From Cyanophora paradoxa CCMP329 (Eukaryota; Plantae; Glaucophyta), in assembly GCA_004431415.1 (NCBI GenBank), contig QPMI01000064.1, positions 248,001 through 312,000 on the forward strand: a stretch of 64,000 nt of DNA, read 5' to 3'. Each line of letters begins with the position of its first letter. Positions within the stretch are counted from its first letter, which is position 1. Positions 1 to 13,300 of this stretch are shown in pieces. A program made the position numbers and the translations under genes. Below the pieces are notes generated by a model. The model worked only from the letters and a program-made list of their open reading frames with translations, did no database searches and had not been told where the DNA came from.

Positions 1-3000
1 ATGCTCACGTTTTTGCACGGGAAGCAGCTGTTCTGTATTGGCGAACGAGCACGAGTGAATATACGTTCTGTGAAAGTATGTTCATGAGCGTTCAACGGAC
101 TTGATTTTCGGGTTGGTAGGTGCCAGCTGCAGACATCGATTCCGGTCAACAATTTCGTACACGTGGCACGGGCAACGGTTGAACATGTTCACGGGTAGCG
201 GGCATAATTTACGAAAGGGCGGACCAGGACAATCTATGCAGCTTGTTTGATCGTCGTTCGCGATTTGGCCCTTTGGAGATATCAACGCACAAGACAAATA
301 TTGTTTTTTATCACGTTGTCGAGGCTTTCTATCACCTTGTCGCATTGATCGCACGTCGTGCTTCCTGTCCTCGAGCTGATTTGTCCCTGCGCCGTGCATC
401 AATTAGCCTGATTGTGCATACCAGTAGTTAGCCATCATGATCAATAAGTCCGATCCAACATCAACAAGGCCATCAACAAGCCTGTCCCTGCGATTGACCG
501 CGGGCCGGAGTGGTGGAGTAACGCACGTTCGGGCAGGGCCAGCAAATGCCGTCCTTCTCAAAGTACCCGAGGGAGCAAGGCCTGCGTGCATCGCATCGCG
601 ATCGGCAAAAAAGCGTTCGCTCTCGCGATGAGAGGGAAGCGATACGTCGATGGCCGACCTGCACTCCGTACGGTCGTCTGAACTCTCTGCACCAGCATCG
701 CTATTTCAAGATCGAGGAAGACAGTTAGTCTCGGACGAGGCAAGGTAGGAAAAGGATTGCTGCACCAAGGTATGCATTCTGCTGCTCCAGACGTTTTTGT
801 GAAGAACCGGAATGGGCACTACGAGAGTTCTGATTTTAATGCTAGAGAGACAGCGACGGAGCTGATCATGAATGCAGCACTGACGGCAAGGCACGTCTTG
901 TTTTGCTCCGAACGGTAGCTGCCCTGCGGGCAGGGCTGACAAACATCTTTTGTTAGCAAGCAAGTAGAACCAGATTTACAACAAGGAGAATAAAGTTTTA
1001 CCATGCAATTTTGCCGATCCATGGAGGCGATGAACCCAGGCTGACACATTTCGCAGCTCGGGCTTCCGGAAAATGGAGTCACAGAGTTAATCGGGCACCT
1101 GAAGAACACGAAATCAAGTGTCTGTCAGTGAGAAGTAAAGGATCAGACCGGAGACACCCATCGCTTACTCGATGCAGCTGCCATCACGGACAAAGAATCC
1201 AGGTCTGCACGCCTCGCAAGCCGTGCGCTCGACGTTGGAGACGCGGCCAGCAGGGCACTCATTGCATGTCTTCGCGCCGACGCCGCTGAAGTGCCCGAAG
1301 GGGCACACCATGCACTCACTCATCCCCGCTGCACGGTATCGGCCCGGGAGACATCTGGGGAATTGTTGTCTGTTAGAATACTGTAGAGCGAAAATGGTAG
1401 ACGGCTCAGCGCAGATTTGCGCACGACAGGCAGCTCTGCCTGTCCTCGCTTGCGTAAAAGCCTTCCTCACTGTGGGGCAATAATAAAGCCAAGCAGCAAA
1501 GCTGGTAACGGATAGAAGCGAACCAATCAATGCACGACCCTCCTGCTAGGTATGGATTGTGCGTGTTGCCGGTGCACGCTCTGCAGATTCCATTTTCAGC
1601 GACAGTCCCCTTGCCTGCACACCGCAATGCGGTTCATGTTCAGGTGATATCTGAGTGCAGACCATTAAAGACCGGAACAGACCGCAGGGTGAGCAGAAAG
1701 CTCCATCGGGGCTCGGGACATTCCCGGAAAGACAGATCTCAAAGAAAGCGCTGCCTTCAGGGGCCGCGGCTCCGGTGGGCACTGCAGAGCACGAGGTCAT
1801 CGTCGCGTTCCTGTACGTGCCGCTCTTGCACGCTAAAAAGAAATGTCAGATTCTGATCCGATGCTTGAGGGCCATAAGTGGGTCTAAAGACGACGTACGC
1901 AGGCACGTTTGGCTGTCGGGGGAAGACACCCATCCGACGGGGCAACGGGTGCAGTTTGTCGATCCTAGCAAAGGAGCGATTTCGTTGACTCCGCAACTGC
2001 AACGGACGGTCGCGATACATGTGCATGCAGCTTGATCAAACAGAAAAATTTCGACCTTTCGCAGAAGTCGCCCAGCTGAAACTTTCCTCGGGGACACTCG
2101 GCGCACTCGCTAAGTCCAGCCCTAGGCACCCACCCGGGACTGCAGAACGTAATGTTGACCGCGCCCTCGGGGGCGACCGCTCTTGGAGGAACGGCGTGGC
2201 AGAAGGTCATATTCTCCCCGCGATACGAGCCCGGCCTGCACTTTATACATTGCTGAGCATCCGCTGTCGCCACTTCGCCAAGCTTGCATTCGGTGCAGGA
2301 CTCCGCCGCCTCGCGCGGCGAAACCCAGTTGAGCGGGCACCTGCTCATGATAAATTAAAAGCGGTAAATTCGTGGCTAGAAATTCAAGTACGAAAAGGCT
2401 CACGGAATGCAGGTGCCGCGATCTTTGAAAGATCCTTTCGAGCACTTCATGCACTGCTCCTTCGTCTCGTCGGGCACTTCGCCTGCTGGACAGGGTTTGT
2501 AAACCGCTGAACGTCGCTGGGACACAGCGCCCGCAGGAACAAGCACGCAGGTTGCCATCGACGCATTCCTAAAAGTCCCTGGGATACGCGTGCACGCGTA
2601 CGTGTGAGCTGATTCCACTCCAAACCAAACTTCGGAAGACACTCATGACGAACCTGCCTCACACGGATTGCATGATTGCGCGTCGTCTGCTGCAACCTCT
2701 CCCTCTGCACATTGCTCGCATCTCGAGCTACCCTCCTCTTTTGCATAATGCAGAGCCGGACATCTGAGAGTGGGCGATAATATATATAAATAACCGAGCA
2801 TTACAATTCCCAGTGCCCTTCAGCTTGCGCTCACGAACCGGAGGCAGTACTCGCCCTTCTGATACATTCCTGTGGAACCGAGCCGATTGCTGTCAAGGTA
2901 TGGACGGTAGGAAGATACTTTCATCGTATTAGCTTCATCGTATTATACGCCTCGCCCCATGAAGCCGTGACAAAAGTTCGGCTGCGAAAATCGCGCACCG

Positions 3001-6000
3001 GCCGCGCATTTGGTGCACTCGCTCTTTGCGAGGTTCGGGACGGAGCCGTTCGCGCACAGCGAGTAGTTTGCGGAGCCCTCCGGCGCGTAGGCCCCCGCCG
3101 GCACCGGCGCGCAGTACGTCATGTTCGCCGCGCGATATGTACCTGCGGGCGCGGAGCGCGCGCGAGGTCAGGACATGGCCACGCGTCGCCGGACACTGAC
3201 ATCCCTAGCGCCGCCCTGCGGCGAGCTCGCACTCGAGCAGCAGGCGCCCGCGCACCCGGCCCGCACTTGACGCATGTCTGCGAGTCCGAGGCGGCGATCT
3301 GCCCCAGCGGGCACGCCTCGCACGCCGCCGCCCCGGGCGCGGGCGCGATCGCGTTCAACGGGCACCTGCCCAGAGGCAGTCAACCGCCATGGCCACGCGC
3401 CCGAGGACGCGCGATCGGCTTCGCGAGGGCGAGCGCACCGGAGGCACTCGCGGCCGGCCTTGTGTGTGCCAGCGGGGCAGTCCACGCACTGCGCCCGCAC
3501 GTCGTCCGGGATGCGCCCCGAGGCGCACCACAGGAACGATTTCGCGCCGCGCGGCGCCGCCGCTCCCGAGGGCACCGGCTCGCACGCCGTCATCGAGGCG
3601 TTGCGGAACGTCCCTGCGGCAGGCCGGGCGTCGGGCGGGCGGGCGCGGCGGGCCGGGGGCGGGGCGAAATCGCGATCAGGAGCGGCGGACCAGCCTCGCA
3701 GGGGACGCAGGACTGGGCGTCGTCGGCGGGGACCGTTCCCTCGCCGCAGAGCTCGCACTCGACGCTCCCCTCGTCCTTCGCGAACCGCAGCCCCGAGCAC
3801 CTGCCCGTCCCGCGTGTCAGCAAGGCGCTGGCGCCAGCGCAGCCGGCCGGATCGGGCTGGAGAGGCGGCCTGCAGCGCGCACCGCTGGCACGACTCGCCC
3901 TTCTGGTACGTCCCTGCGGCCCGCAGCAGTCAGCCGCAGCACGCACTAGCTTCATCGTATTATACGCCTCGCCCCATGAAGCCGTGACAAAAGTTCGGCT
4001 GCGAAAATCGCGCACCGGCCGCGCATTTGGTGCACTCGCTCTTTGCGAGGTTCGGGACGGAGCCGTTCGCGCACAGCGAGTAGTTTGCGGAGCCCTCCGG
4101 CGCGTAGGCCCCCGCCGGCACCGGCGCGCAGTACGTCATGTTCGCCGCGCGATATGTACCTGCGGGCGCGGAGCGTGCGCGAGGTCAGGACATGGCCACG
4201 CGTCGCCGGACACTGACATCCCTAGCGCCGCCCTGCGGCGAGCTCGCACTCGAGCAGCAGGCGCCCGCGCACCCGGCCCGCACTTGACGCATGTCTGCGA
4301 GTCCGAGGCGGCGATCTGCCCCAGCGGGCACGCCTCGCACGCCGCCGCCCCGGGCGCGGGCGCGATCGCGTTCAACGGGCACCTGCCCAGAGGCAGTCAA
4401 CCGCCATGGCCACGCGCCCGAGGACGCGCGATCGGCTTCGCGAGGGCGAGCGCACCGGAGGCACTCGCGGCCGGCCTTGTGTGTGCCAGCGGGGCAGTCC
4501 ACGCACTGCGCCCGCACGTCGTCCGGGATGCGCCCCGAGGCGCACCACAGGAACGATTTCGCGCCGCGCGGCGCCGCCGCTCCCGAGGGCACCGGCTCGC
4601 ACGCCGTCATCGAGGCGTTGCGGAACGTCCCTGCGGCAGGCCGGGCGTCGGGCGGGCGGGCGCGGCGGGCCGGGGGCGGGGCGAAATCGCGATCAGGAGC
4701 GGCGGACCAGCCTCGCAGGGGACGCAGGACTGGGCGTCGTCGGCGGGCACCGTCCCCTCGCTGCAGAGCTCGCACTCGACGCTCTCCTCGTCCTTCGCGA
4801 ACCGCAGCCCCGAGCACCTGCCCGTCCCGCGTGTCAGCAAGGCGCTGGTGCGAGCACAGCCGGCCCGATCGGGCTGGCGAGGCCGCCGCCTGCCGTCGCC
4901 TCTGCAGCGCGCACCGCTGGCACGACTCGCCCTTCTGGTGTGTCCCTGCGGCCCGCGGCAGTCAGCCGCAGCGCGCACAGGCTTGATCTGATTATGAGCC
5001 TCGCCCCCATGATGCCGTGACAGAAGTTCGGCTGCGAAAATCGCGCACCGGCCGCGCATTTGGTGCACTCGCTCTTTGCGAGGTTCGGGACGGAGCCGTT
5101 CGCGCACAGCGAGTAGTTTGCGGAGCCCTCCGGCGCGTAGGCCCCCGCCGGCACCGGCGCGCAGTACGTCATGTTCGCCGCGCGATATGTACCTGCGGGC
5201 GCGGAGCGCGCGCGAGGTCAGGACATGGCCACGCGTCGCCGGACACTGACATCCCTAGCGCCGCCCTGCGGCGAGCTCGCACTCGAGCAGCAGGCGCCCG
5301 CGCACCCGGCCCGCACTTGACGCATGTCTGCGAGTCCGAGGCGGCGATCTGCCCCAGCGGGCACGCCTCGCACGCCGCCGCCCCGGGCGCGGGCGCGATC
5401 GCGTTCAACGGGCACCTGCCCAGAGGCAGTCAACCGCCATGGCCACGCGCCCGAGGACGCGCGATCGGCTTCGCGAGGGCGAGCGCACCGGAGGCACTCG
5501 CGGCCGGCCTTGTGTGTGCCAGCGGGGCAGTCCACGCACTGCGCCCGCACGTCGTCCGGGATGCGCCCCGAGGCGCACCACAGGAACGATTTCGCGCCGC
5601 GCGGCGCCGCCGCTCCCGAGGGCACCGGCTCGCACGCCGTCATCGAGGCGTTGCGGAACGTCCCTGCGGCAGGCCGGGCGTCGGGCGGGCGGGCGCGGCG
5701 GGCCGGGGGCGGGGCGAAATCGCGATCAGGAGCGGCGGACCAGCCTCGCAGGGGACGCAGGACTGGGCGTCGTCGGCGGGCACCGTCCCCTCGCCGCAGA
5801 GCTCGCACTCGACGCTCCCCTCGTCCTTCGCGAACCGCAGCCCCGAGCACCTGCCCGTCCCGCGTGTCAGCAAGGCGCTGGCGCCAGCGCAGCCGGCCGG
5901 ATCGGGCTGGAGAGGCAGCCTGCAGCGCGCACCGCTGGCACGACTCGCCCTTCTGGTACGTCCCTGCGGCCCGCAGCAGTCAGCCGCAGCACGCACTAGC

Positions 6001-9000
6001 TTCATCGTATTATACGCCTCGCCCCATGAAGCCGTGACAAAAGTTCGGCTGCGAAAATCGCGCACCGGCCGCGCATTTGGTGCACTCGCTCTTTGCGAGG
6101 TTCGGGACGGAGCCGTTTGCGCACAGCGAGTAGTTTGCGGAGCCCTCCGGCGCGTAGGCCCCCGCCGGCACCGGCGCGCAGTACGTCATGTTCGCCGCGC
6201 GATATGTACCTGCGGGCGCGGAGCGCGCGCGAGGTCAGGACATGGCCACGCGTCGCCGGACACTGACATCCCTAGCGCCGCCCTGCGGCGAGCTCGCACT
6301 CGAGCAGCAGGCGCCCGCGCACCCGGCCCGCACTTGACGCATGTCTGCGAGTCCGAGGCGGCGATCTGCCCCAGCGGGCACGCCTCGCACGCCGCCGCCC
6401 CGGGCGCGGGCGCGATCGCGTTCAACGGGCACCTGCCCAGAGGCAGTCAACCGCCATGGCCACGCGCCCGAGGACGCGCGATCGGCTTCGCGAGGGCGAG
6501 CGCACCGGAGGCACTCGCGGCCGGCCTTGTGTGTGCCGGCGGGGCAGTCCACGCACTGCGCCCGCACGTCGTCCGGGATGCGCCCCGAGGCGCACCACAG
6601 GAACGATTTCGCGCCGCGCGGCGCCGCCGCTCCCGAGGGCACCGGCTCGCACGCCGTCATCGAGGCGTTGCGGAACGTCCCTGCGGCAGGCCGGGCGTCG
6701 GGCGGGCGGGCGCGGCGGGCCGGGGGCGGGGCGAAATCGCGATCAGGAGCGGCGGACCAGCCTCGCAGGGGACGCAGGACTGGGCGTCGTCGGCGGGGAC
6801 CGTTCCCTCGCCGCAGAGCTCGCACTCGACGCTCCCCTCGTCCTTCGCGAACCGCAGCCCCGAGCACCTGCCCGTCCCGCGTGTCAGCAAGGCGCTGGTG
6901 CGAGCACAGCCGGCCCGATCGGGCTGGCGAGGCCGCCGCCTGCCGTCGCCTCTGCAGCGCGCACCGCTGGCACGACTCGCCCTTCTGGTGTGTCCCTGCG
7001 GCCCGCGGCAGTCAGCCGCAGCGCGCACAGGCTTGATCTGATTATGAGCCTCGCCCCCATGATGCCGTGACAGAAGTTCGGCTGCGAAAATCGCGCACCG
7101 GCCGCGCATTTGGTGCACTCGCTCTTTGCGAGGTTCGGGACGGAGCCGTTCGCGCACAGCGAGTAGTTTGCGGAGCCCTCCGGCGCGTAGGCCCCCGCCG
7201 GCACCGGCGCGCAGTACGTCATGTTCGCCGCGCGATATGTACCTGCGGGCGCGGAGCGCGCGCGAGGTCAGGACATGGCCACGCGTCGCCGGACACTGAC
7301 ATCCCTAGCGCCGCCCTGCGGCGAGCTCGCACTCGAGCAGCAGGCGCCCGCGCACCCGGCCCGCACTTGACGCATGTCTGCGAGTCCGAGGCGGCGATCT
7401 GCCCCAGCGGGCACGCCTCGCACGCCGCCGCCCCGGGCGCGGGCGCGATCGCGTTCAACGGGCACCTGCCCAGAGGCAGTCAACCGCCATGGCCACGCGC
7501 CCGAGGACGCGCGATCGGCTTCGCGAGGGCGAGCGCACCGGAGGCACTCGCGGCCGGCCTTGTGTGTGCCGGCGGGGCAGTCCACGCACTGCGCCCGCAC
7601 GTCGTCCGGGATGCGCCCCGAGGCGCACCACAGGAACGATTTCGCGCCGCGCGGCGCCGCCGCTCCCGAGGGCACCGGCTCGCACGCCGTCATCGAGGCG
7701 TTGCGGAACGTCCCTGCGGCAGGCCGGGCGTCGGGCGGGCGGGCGCGGCGGGCCGGGGGCGGGGCGAAATCGCGATCAGGAGCGGCGGACCAGCCTCGCA
7801 GGGGACGCAGGACTGGGCGTCGTCGGCGGGGACCGTTCCCTCACCGCAGAGCTCGCACTCGACGCTCCCCTCGTCCTTCGCGAACCGCAGCCCCGAGCAC
7901 CTGCCCGTCCCGCGTGTCAGCAAGGCGCTGGTGCGAGCACAGCCGGCCCGATCGGGCTGGCGAGGCCGCCGCCTGCCGTCGCCTCTGCAGCGCGCACCGC
8001 TGGCACGACTCGCCCTTCTGGTGTGTCCCTGCGGCCCGCGGCAGTCAGCCGCAGCGCGCACAGGCTTGATCTGATTATGAGCCTCGCCCCCATGATGCCG
8101 TGACAGAAGTTCGGCTGCGAAAATCGCGCACCGGCCGCGCATTTGGTGCACTCGCTCTTTGCGAGGTTCGGGACGGAGCCGTTCGCGCACAGCGAGTAGT
8201 TTGCGGAGCCCTCCGGCGCGTAGGCCCCCGCCGGCACCGGCGCGCAGTACGTCATGTTCGCCGCGCGATATGTGCCTGCAGACGTCAACACGCAGCGCTC
8301 GAAGTCAGCAACTTTGTTCGGGATTGCTGCCCACGCGTGACGGAACACCGAAGCCTCGATCGCGATTTCCTTTCTAAAAGGCACTCACCTGGACCGCATT
8401 CCAGACAGTTCTGTGAGTCCGAAGTTGCCACGTACCCAGGAGGGCAAGTTTCACATTCCGTCGCGCCATAGATAGACGATTTGGAATTGAAGGAGCATCT
8501 GCACCAAAGTCAGGTCTAGAGGGAGGTCTGCGAATTCTTCAATCTGTTTACGCGAACCGTTCACACATCGTCTTGTTGGCGGACAAGAAAGTGCCTTGCG
8601 GGCTGTTTGCCATGGGGCATAAGACTTCAATGAGCGAACGTGTGTTCGGATTAATATTGCTGACCACTTTGTGCACGCGGTAGCTGCTCCAGCCGAAATC
8701 TCGCCAATTGGACATGGGGTGCACTTGCGCAGCGCTCCTGTCCCACGCGGGAATAAGTTAGAAGTAAAGGCTTTCAGAGGCTTTAACGTTATACTCGTAC
8801 CGGGGCTGTTGGAGTACGTCATTGGGGGGCAAGCCGAGCAGACCGAGGCCGCTGGGTATGGGAGAAAGTACCCTTCGGGGCACACTAGAAATGAATTAGC
8901 TCGAGCGAGGCCTGGGGCTCGAAGCGGCTAAACACACGTTTGCAATCCGTTGTCCAGCGGGATGTCTCTGTGAATTCGTTTTCTTTGCAAGGTTTACACG

Positions 9001-12000
9001 GGTCACCGTCACGCTTGGAAAACGTTCCAACAGGGCACTCTGCGAAATTCCGAATTACACAATACCTGGTCGGTAAAGAGAGATCGCAATTAAAATCACA
9101 AACCAAAACAGGAGTAGTGGTCGGGCCCGGTGCCCTCTCGACTGAACGTTCCAGCCGGGCACTTCGTACCTATTCGCTCCTGATCAATCGTAGTAGCATA
9201 TGGTTAATCTTCGACGCACAGTTCGTCGCCCCAGGTCCCGAGAAGGTGCCATTGGGGCAGAAAGGCGCTTCTGTCTCATTCAAGAGACGGCCTTTCGCGC
9301 TGTAGCGACCTGAAATCGAAAGGAAAGGTCAGCAAGCGCGAACTTTGCCGTAAATGACCATCATACACACCAGGGGGCAAGGGCAAACAATCGACTCCAG
9401 ATCCATCGGTGTCGGCATTTAAGAGACCGTGGTTGAAATACTGATCGTATCGTAATATTAATACTGGTTAGTAACTACCACTATCTAATATAATGGGAGG
9501 GCACCTGCCCAGGAGGGCACTCTGTGAACACTTTGTATAGTCTGGCACTGCGAGTGCGATCCGAAATCAAATGCATGTCAGATCTAGAATCGCTATCGAT
9601 TCCTCGCGAACGCGAGAATGCTTGAACTCACGGACTGTTTGTGTAGAATAGGACATAAGGAGCTTCTGGAAAAGCGGAGGAATAACTGACTTCAAAACCA
9701 GAGTTGCGTTTAAAATAGGGGTCCGGGCTGAAAGATGCCATCCATCTATGCAATGACGAATCTGAGCGAAACGGACTAGCTATAGTCGTCAGCGAATCTG
9801 AACACGCGCACGAGTCGTATTCGGCAACTGTGAGACTCCCGCTGCGTTTGCGGGTGAATCGATTGTCTCCTTGCAAAAACTTGCAAATGAAAGATCCGAC
9901 CTAACTCTGGATGGAAACGACGTCGACGACACAACGATTTTTACTTCCTTGGTACTGATTCCAGCGGGATCCTCGACATCATCAATCTGGAAGATGCATA
10001 ATGAGTCGTTCTTGCGGAACGCCGATCCGGTGCGGGTAATTATAGTATAAGATTTAAAACTTGAACTACCTTCAGCAAAACGGCGGAAGGCACCCTCGAA
10101 CGATAAACACTTTTCCGCAAACGCGACGGCTTGGTCAGCGCAAATACATCTTTCGTCCATTCAATGCTACTCATTGTGTCCGCCTCTGTGTGTCTGCAAT
10201 GAACGTTTTCAGCGCAAGGCACGCGCAACTGCAAGCTTTAGCTATAGATGAAGTGCTATTTGCAGACCTTTCCCTGACAATGTACAACGATCCTACGCGC
10301 GCGTATCCAAGTATGATTAATTAATACAAGCAAACTTAAGGTTGCGCTCAAAGCAGCGTACCCGCTTTGTATGTGACAGCAGGCGCAGAATACCATTCGT
10401 AGTAATTAAGTCGCGTTGGGGTGCCAGACCAATCAAAATCGCCAGGGCATGGGTCATAGTAGCGGCAGCTGTAGAGATTGGGCATTTTCAATCGATCAGA
10501 AGCTTGAGGAGCGGGTCCCCCCATTGCAGACAACATGCGCGACGGTCGCCTGTGATTGACGCCAGCGACCAGGTCAGACAATATATACTAGCGACTGGAG
10601 CTCCGCGCGCGATGCGGTTGCAGTAATAATAAACCTCACCTCATTCGGATAACCTGTACGTGCACGGATCGCGATGTACATTGATGTTAGATCATCTTAC
10701 TAAACAGAGCTCATTATGAATAACAAACCTCGTCCCCCAGAACCAAAAATCCATAATCCCGACCATCTACCCATTTGCCTTCGAGTGCCTTTGCGATCGA
10801 TCGAGAGAAAACGCGGTGTTAATAGACAGGAGCACAGATGAAATTGCATATCGTTGAGCGAACCCCGACACCGGTGCCCGCAGAGCCCGTGTATCCGTTT
10901 TGAATAATGTGTGTGGAGCGCGTATCGACTTCGCGCTGCGCGAGTATAACTGGAGTTCTCGCAGGCAAAACTGTTGTTGTCTCTTTGTTAACGTTCCAAG
11001 TCCAAGCCGAGATAATGTAACGGAAAGCGTCCGGGATCCCACCGCACGGTGAACTGACAATTGTGATGATCATGCATGATGCAATTTCGAATCAGACTAC
11101 AAAAACGCGAGTTCGGTGAATTGAAGAAGAAGCACCGAACGATAGCATGATAGGTGAGAGGACCGCCTTTTGCCGTCCGTCCATCCGATGCCATGGCAAG
11201 CACTGCAAAACTCGGAAGAAGTTTGTACGTGAAAGGAGGCCATCTTGCAGGGTCTTCTTCATCTACGTCGGTGAGATTGTTACGGAGCTTGGCCAAATCT
11301 ACATCCCACGAGAACGGGGCTGAACATCCGATGCTGCTGAGGTTGCCATAGATTTCAAGTTCCAACGACGTTGCCGGCCCCGAAGAGAGATCACTCAAGC
11401 GGCACAGACGAAGCCGCGGAACAGAACGAGCTTCCGAGGCATATTCTCTCCTTTCATTCCAAATGAGCCGATCTTGTTGTCCTTCATAATACGGGTTGGC
11501 CGCGGGTATCCAGTCCCAATAAGTCATGGTTGAAAGGCGAGCCGCATCTTCGAACGTGAAGAATGACCCGAAGTACGCTGTACCACTGACATAATTGGAA
11601 GAATCTAAAATCAGGGAAAAGAGTCGATGTGTACATTTCTGAACATAGATAATTGTCTTTACCGCTGCCAAAATGAGAAGTGACGCAGGTCCATCAAAAA
11701 GGCGGGGCCGAGAAAGCCGGGTTTCGATGAGCGCACGGGCTCGTCTGCCCCTGCTCAAAACTGGTTAGAATCATCGCATAGCATAGAAGTTATAAAATTA
11801 GGCAGTCAGCACACAGATTGGGCAGTTTAGCGTCGACGACGTGTCGTGCACGAAAGCAATTTTCGTTTTGAGATTTTCTTCGAGCACTCTCATATTTGTC
11901 GCCGTCAAATCAGAAGTCTCCCCGCGCCGCAAAATTGAGCCAAGAACATTTGCCTGTGATTGATAATTCAAATTATTTTGAGACGCCCATGGCCAAATAA

Positions 12001-13300
12001 GAATGAACTAGTGAACAAGCTTACGTGGAACAAATACGTTTGAGGAGCTGCCGGTCTGCTGTCAATCATGAAGAGGTTGTCGACAAGCCACCTCCACTTG
12101 AACCTGGACAATGCGTCGTCTTTGCGAGGCTTTGAAGATGAAAAGCGCGCCACAAATTTCAGCTTGCGATATAAAATTATTATCTTGGCAACTAACCTAA
12201 TCTATAAACCTCAAAATATTCAAATTAAATGTATGTTGATGGCTTGAAGTTTAAAGCCACGCATGAATTCGAAATGTTGATGGCTTGAAGTTTAAAGCCG
12301 GAAAAAATATCGATAGAGAGAACGCACTTGGCCAGATCCGGCACGCGATTGACGAAGGGCACGGCCTCCCTTTCAGCATATTCTTTCGTTTTCGACAGCA
12401 CGTTATCGAATATACCGAGTGCGGACACATGGGTCTTCAACTCAAAGACAGGAGCGACCCATCTGAACAAAAGTGTGGGGCAAGCAGGGAAAGTGCTCGA
12501 TCGCGGGTATCTATAGATCTAGATACTTACCTAGGATCCGAGACGTTGTTCTTGATGAAATTGTATGGATCGCAGTGGCAAGGCTGGTTCACGAGCGAAC
12601 CTCTACATTGCGGCGGCGTCCCATAATCGATGTACTCCCAGAGTTGTGTGTCAAGTTGGATCGACTGTGCAACTTTTTTGCCGTAGACCTCTGCACTCCA
12701 TTCCACAGATGAGCCAGAGATCGTGCCGATTGCACTTCCTGTCGGCTCCGCTCTCTTGATAATCGGTTCTCCAAGACAATCTGGCCCCAGTGAGAGCAAG
12801 CAAAAAAATAGATGAGAAGAACATGGCCAACGCTACCAAAAAGAACGTTTGTAAATGCAAGCGCGTGAAAGTGGCGGCAGTCCGCGTACTTCGCGTTGTT
12901 GTTGATGTATTCAGCGTCGCAGGCCCACGTCTCAGTGCAATACGGTCCCCGTTTGCAGCGCTCCGAAGCAGTGGCTGGATCGTAAGCCTGAAAACCTGTA
13001 ACCCTCACCGTGCCAGCATCAATGGTGCCGGAGCCAGCGAGTCCCTGCAGGTAGACTGAAATTGGTTTGAGAGCCCCGGAAGCGCTCTTCGATGCCCACG
13101 TCCCAGGACCAGCCAAGAAGCTTGTGTTTAAGAGTTGATTGCCACGTATATCGAAGTCCTGTGTTGTACGAGTTATAATATTTAATGAACTGAAAACAGT
13201 TACAAATGCTGTAGCGCACTCTACCAGGAAAAGGAGTGAACGTTGAGAAGGAGAACTCGTTTGGAGAAAAGGTTGAATTTGCGAACTGCACGCACGATCG
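1..13300 (-). CDS. Large multi-exon gene for a cysteine-rich surface protein (GCC2/GCC3, ephrin-receptor-like repeats; N-terminal extracellular region, possibly CUB-like). Start approximate; 3' end probably lies beyond the window edge
   Basis: Many short minus-strand exons encode CxxCxxG-Y/F repeats (CQPCPQGSYR, CNECPAGRVS, CSACPPMTYSNSPG, CVPCEAG), separated by ~50-100 bp GT-AG introns. Non-repeat exons lie at 9.6-13.2 kb. Confidence 0.75.
2930..8272. repeat. Tandem array of ~5.2 near-identical exon-intron units, 1017 bp (A) or 1033 bp (B), order A-B-A-B-B plus a partial unit
   Basis: The same sequence recurs at 2967, 3984, 5017, 6034, 7067 and 8100 (spacings 1017, 1033, 1017, 1033, 1033). 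Confidence 0.95.

Noticed and set aside
2967-8074. Long plus-strand ORFs (674, 674, 335 aa) in the tandem array
   Set aside because: Arg/Ala-rich shadow frames of GC-rich repeats; the real coding signal is the spliced Cys-repeat gene on the minus strand
12233-12299. 26-bp direct repeat ATGTTGATGGCTTGAAGTTTAAAGCC
   Set aside because: Simple local duplication, probably intronic; no further structure
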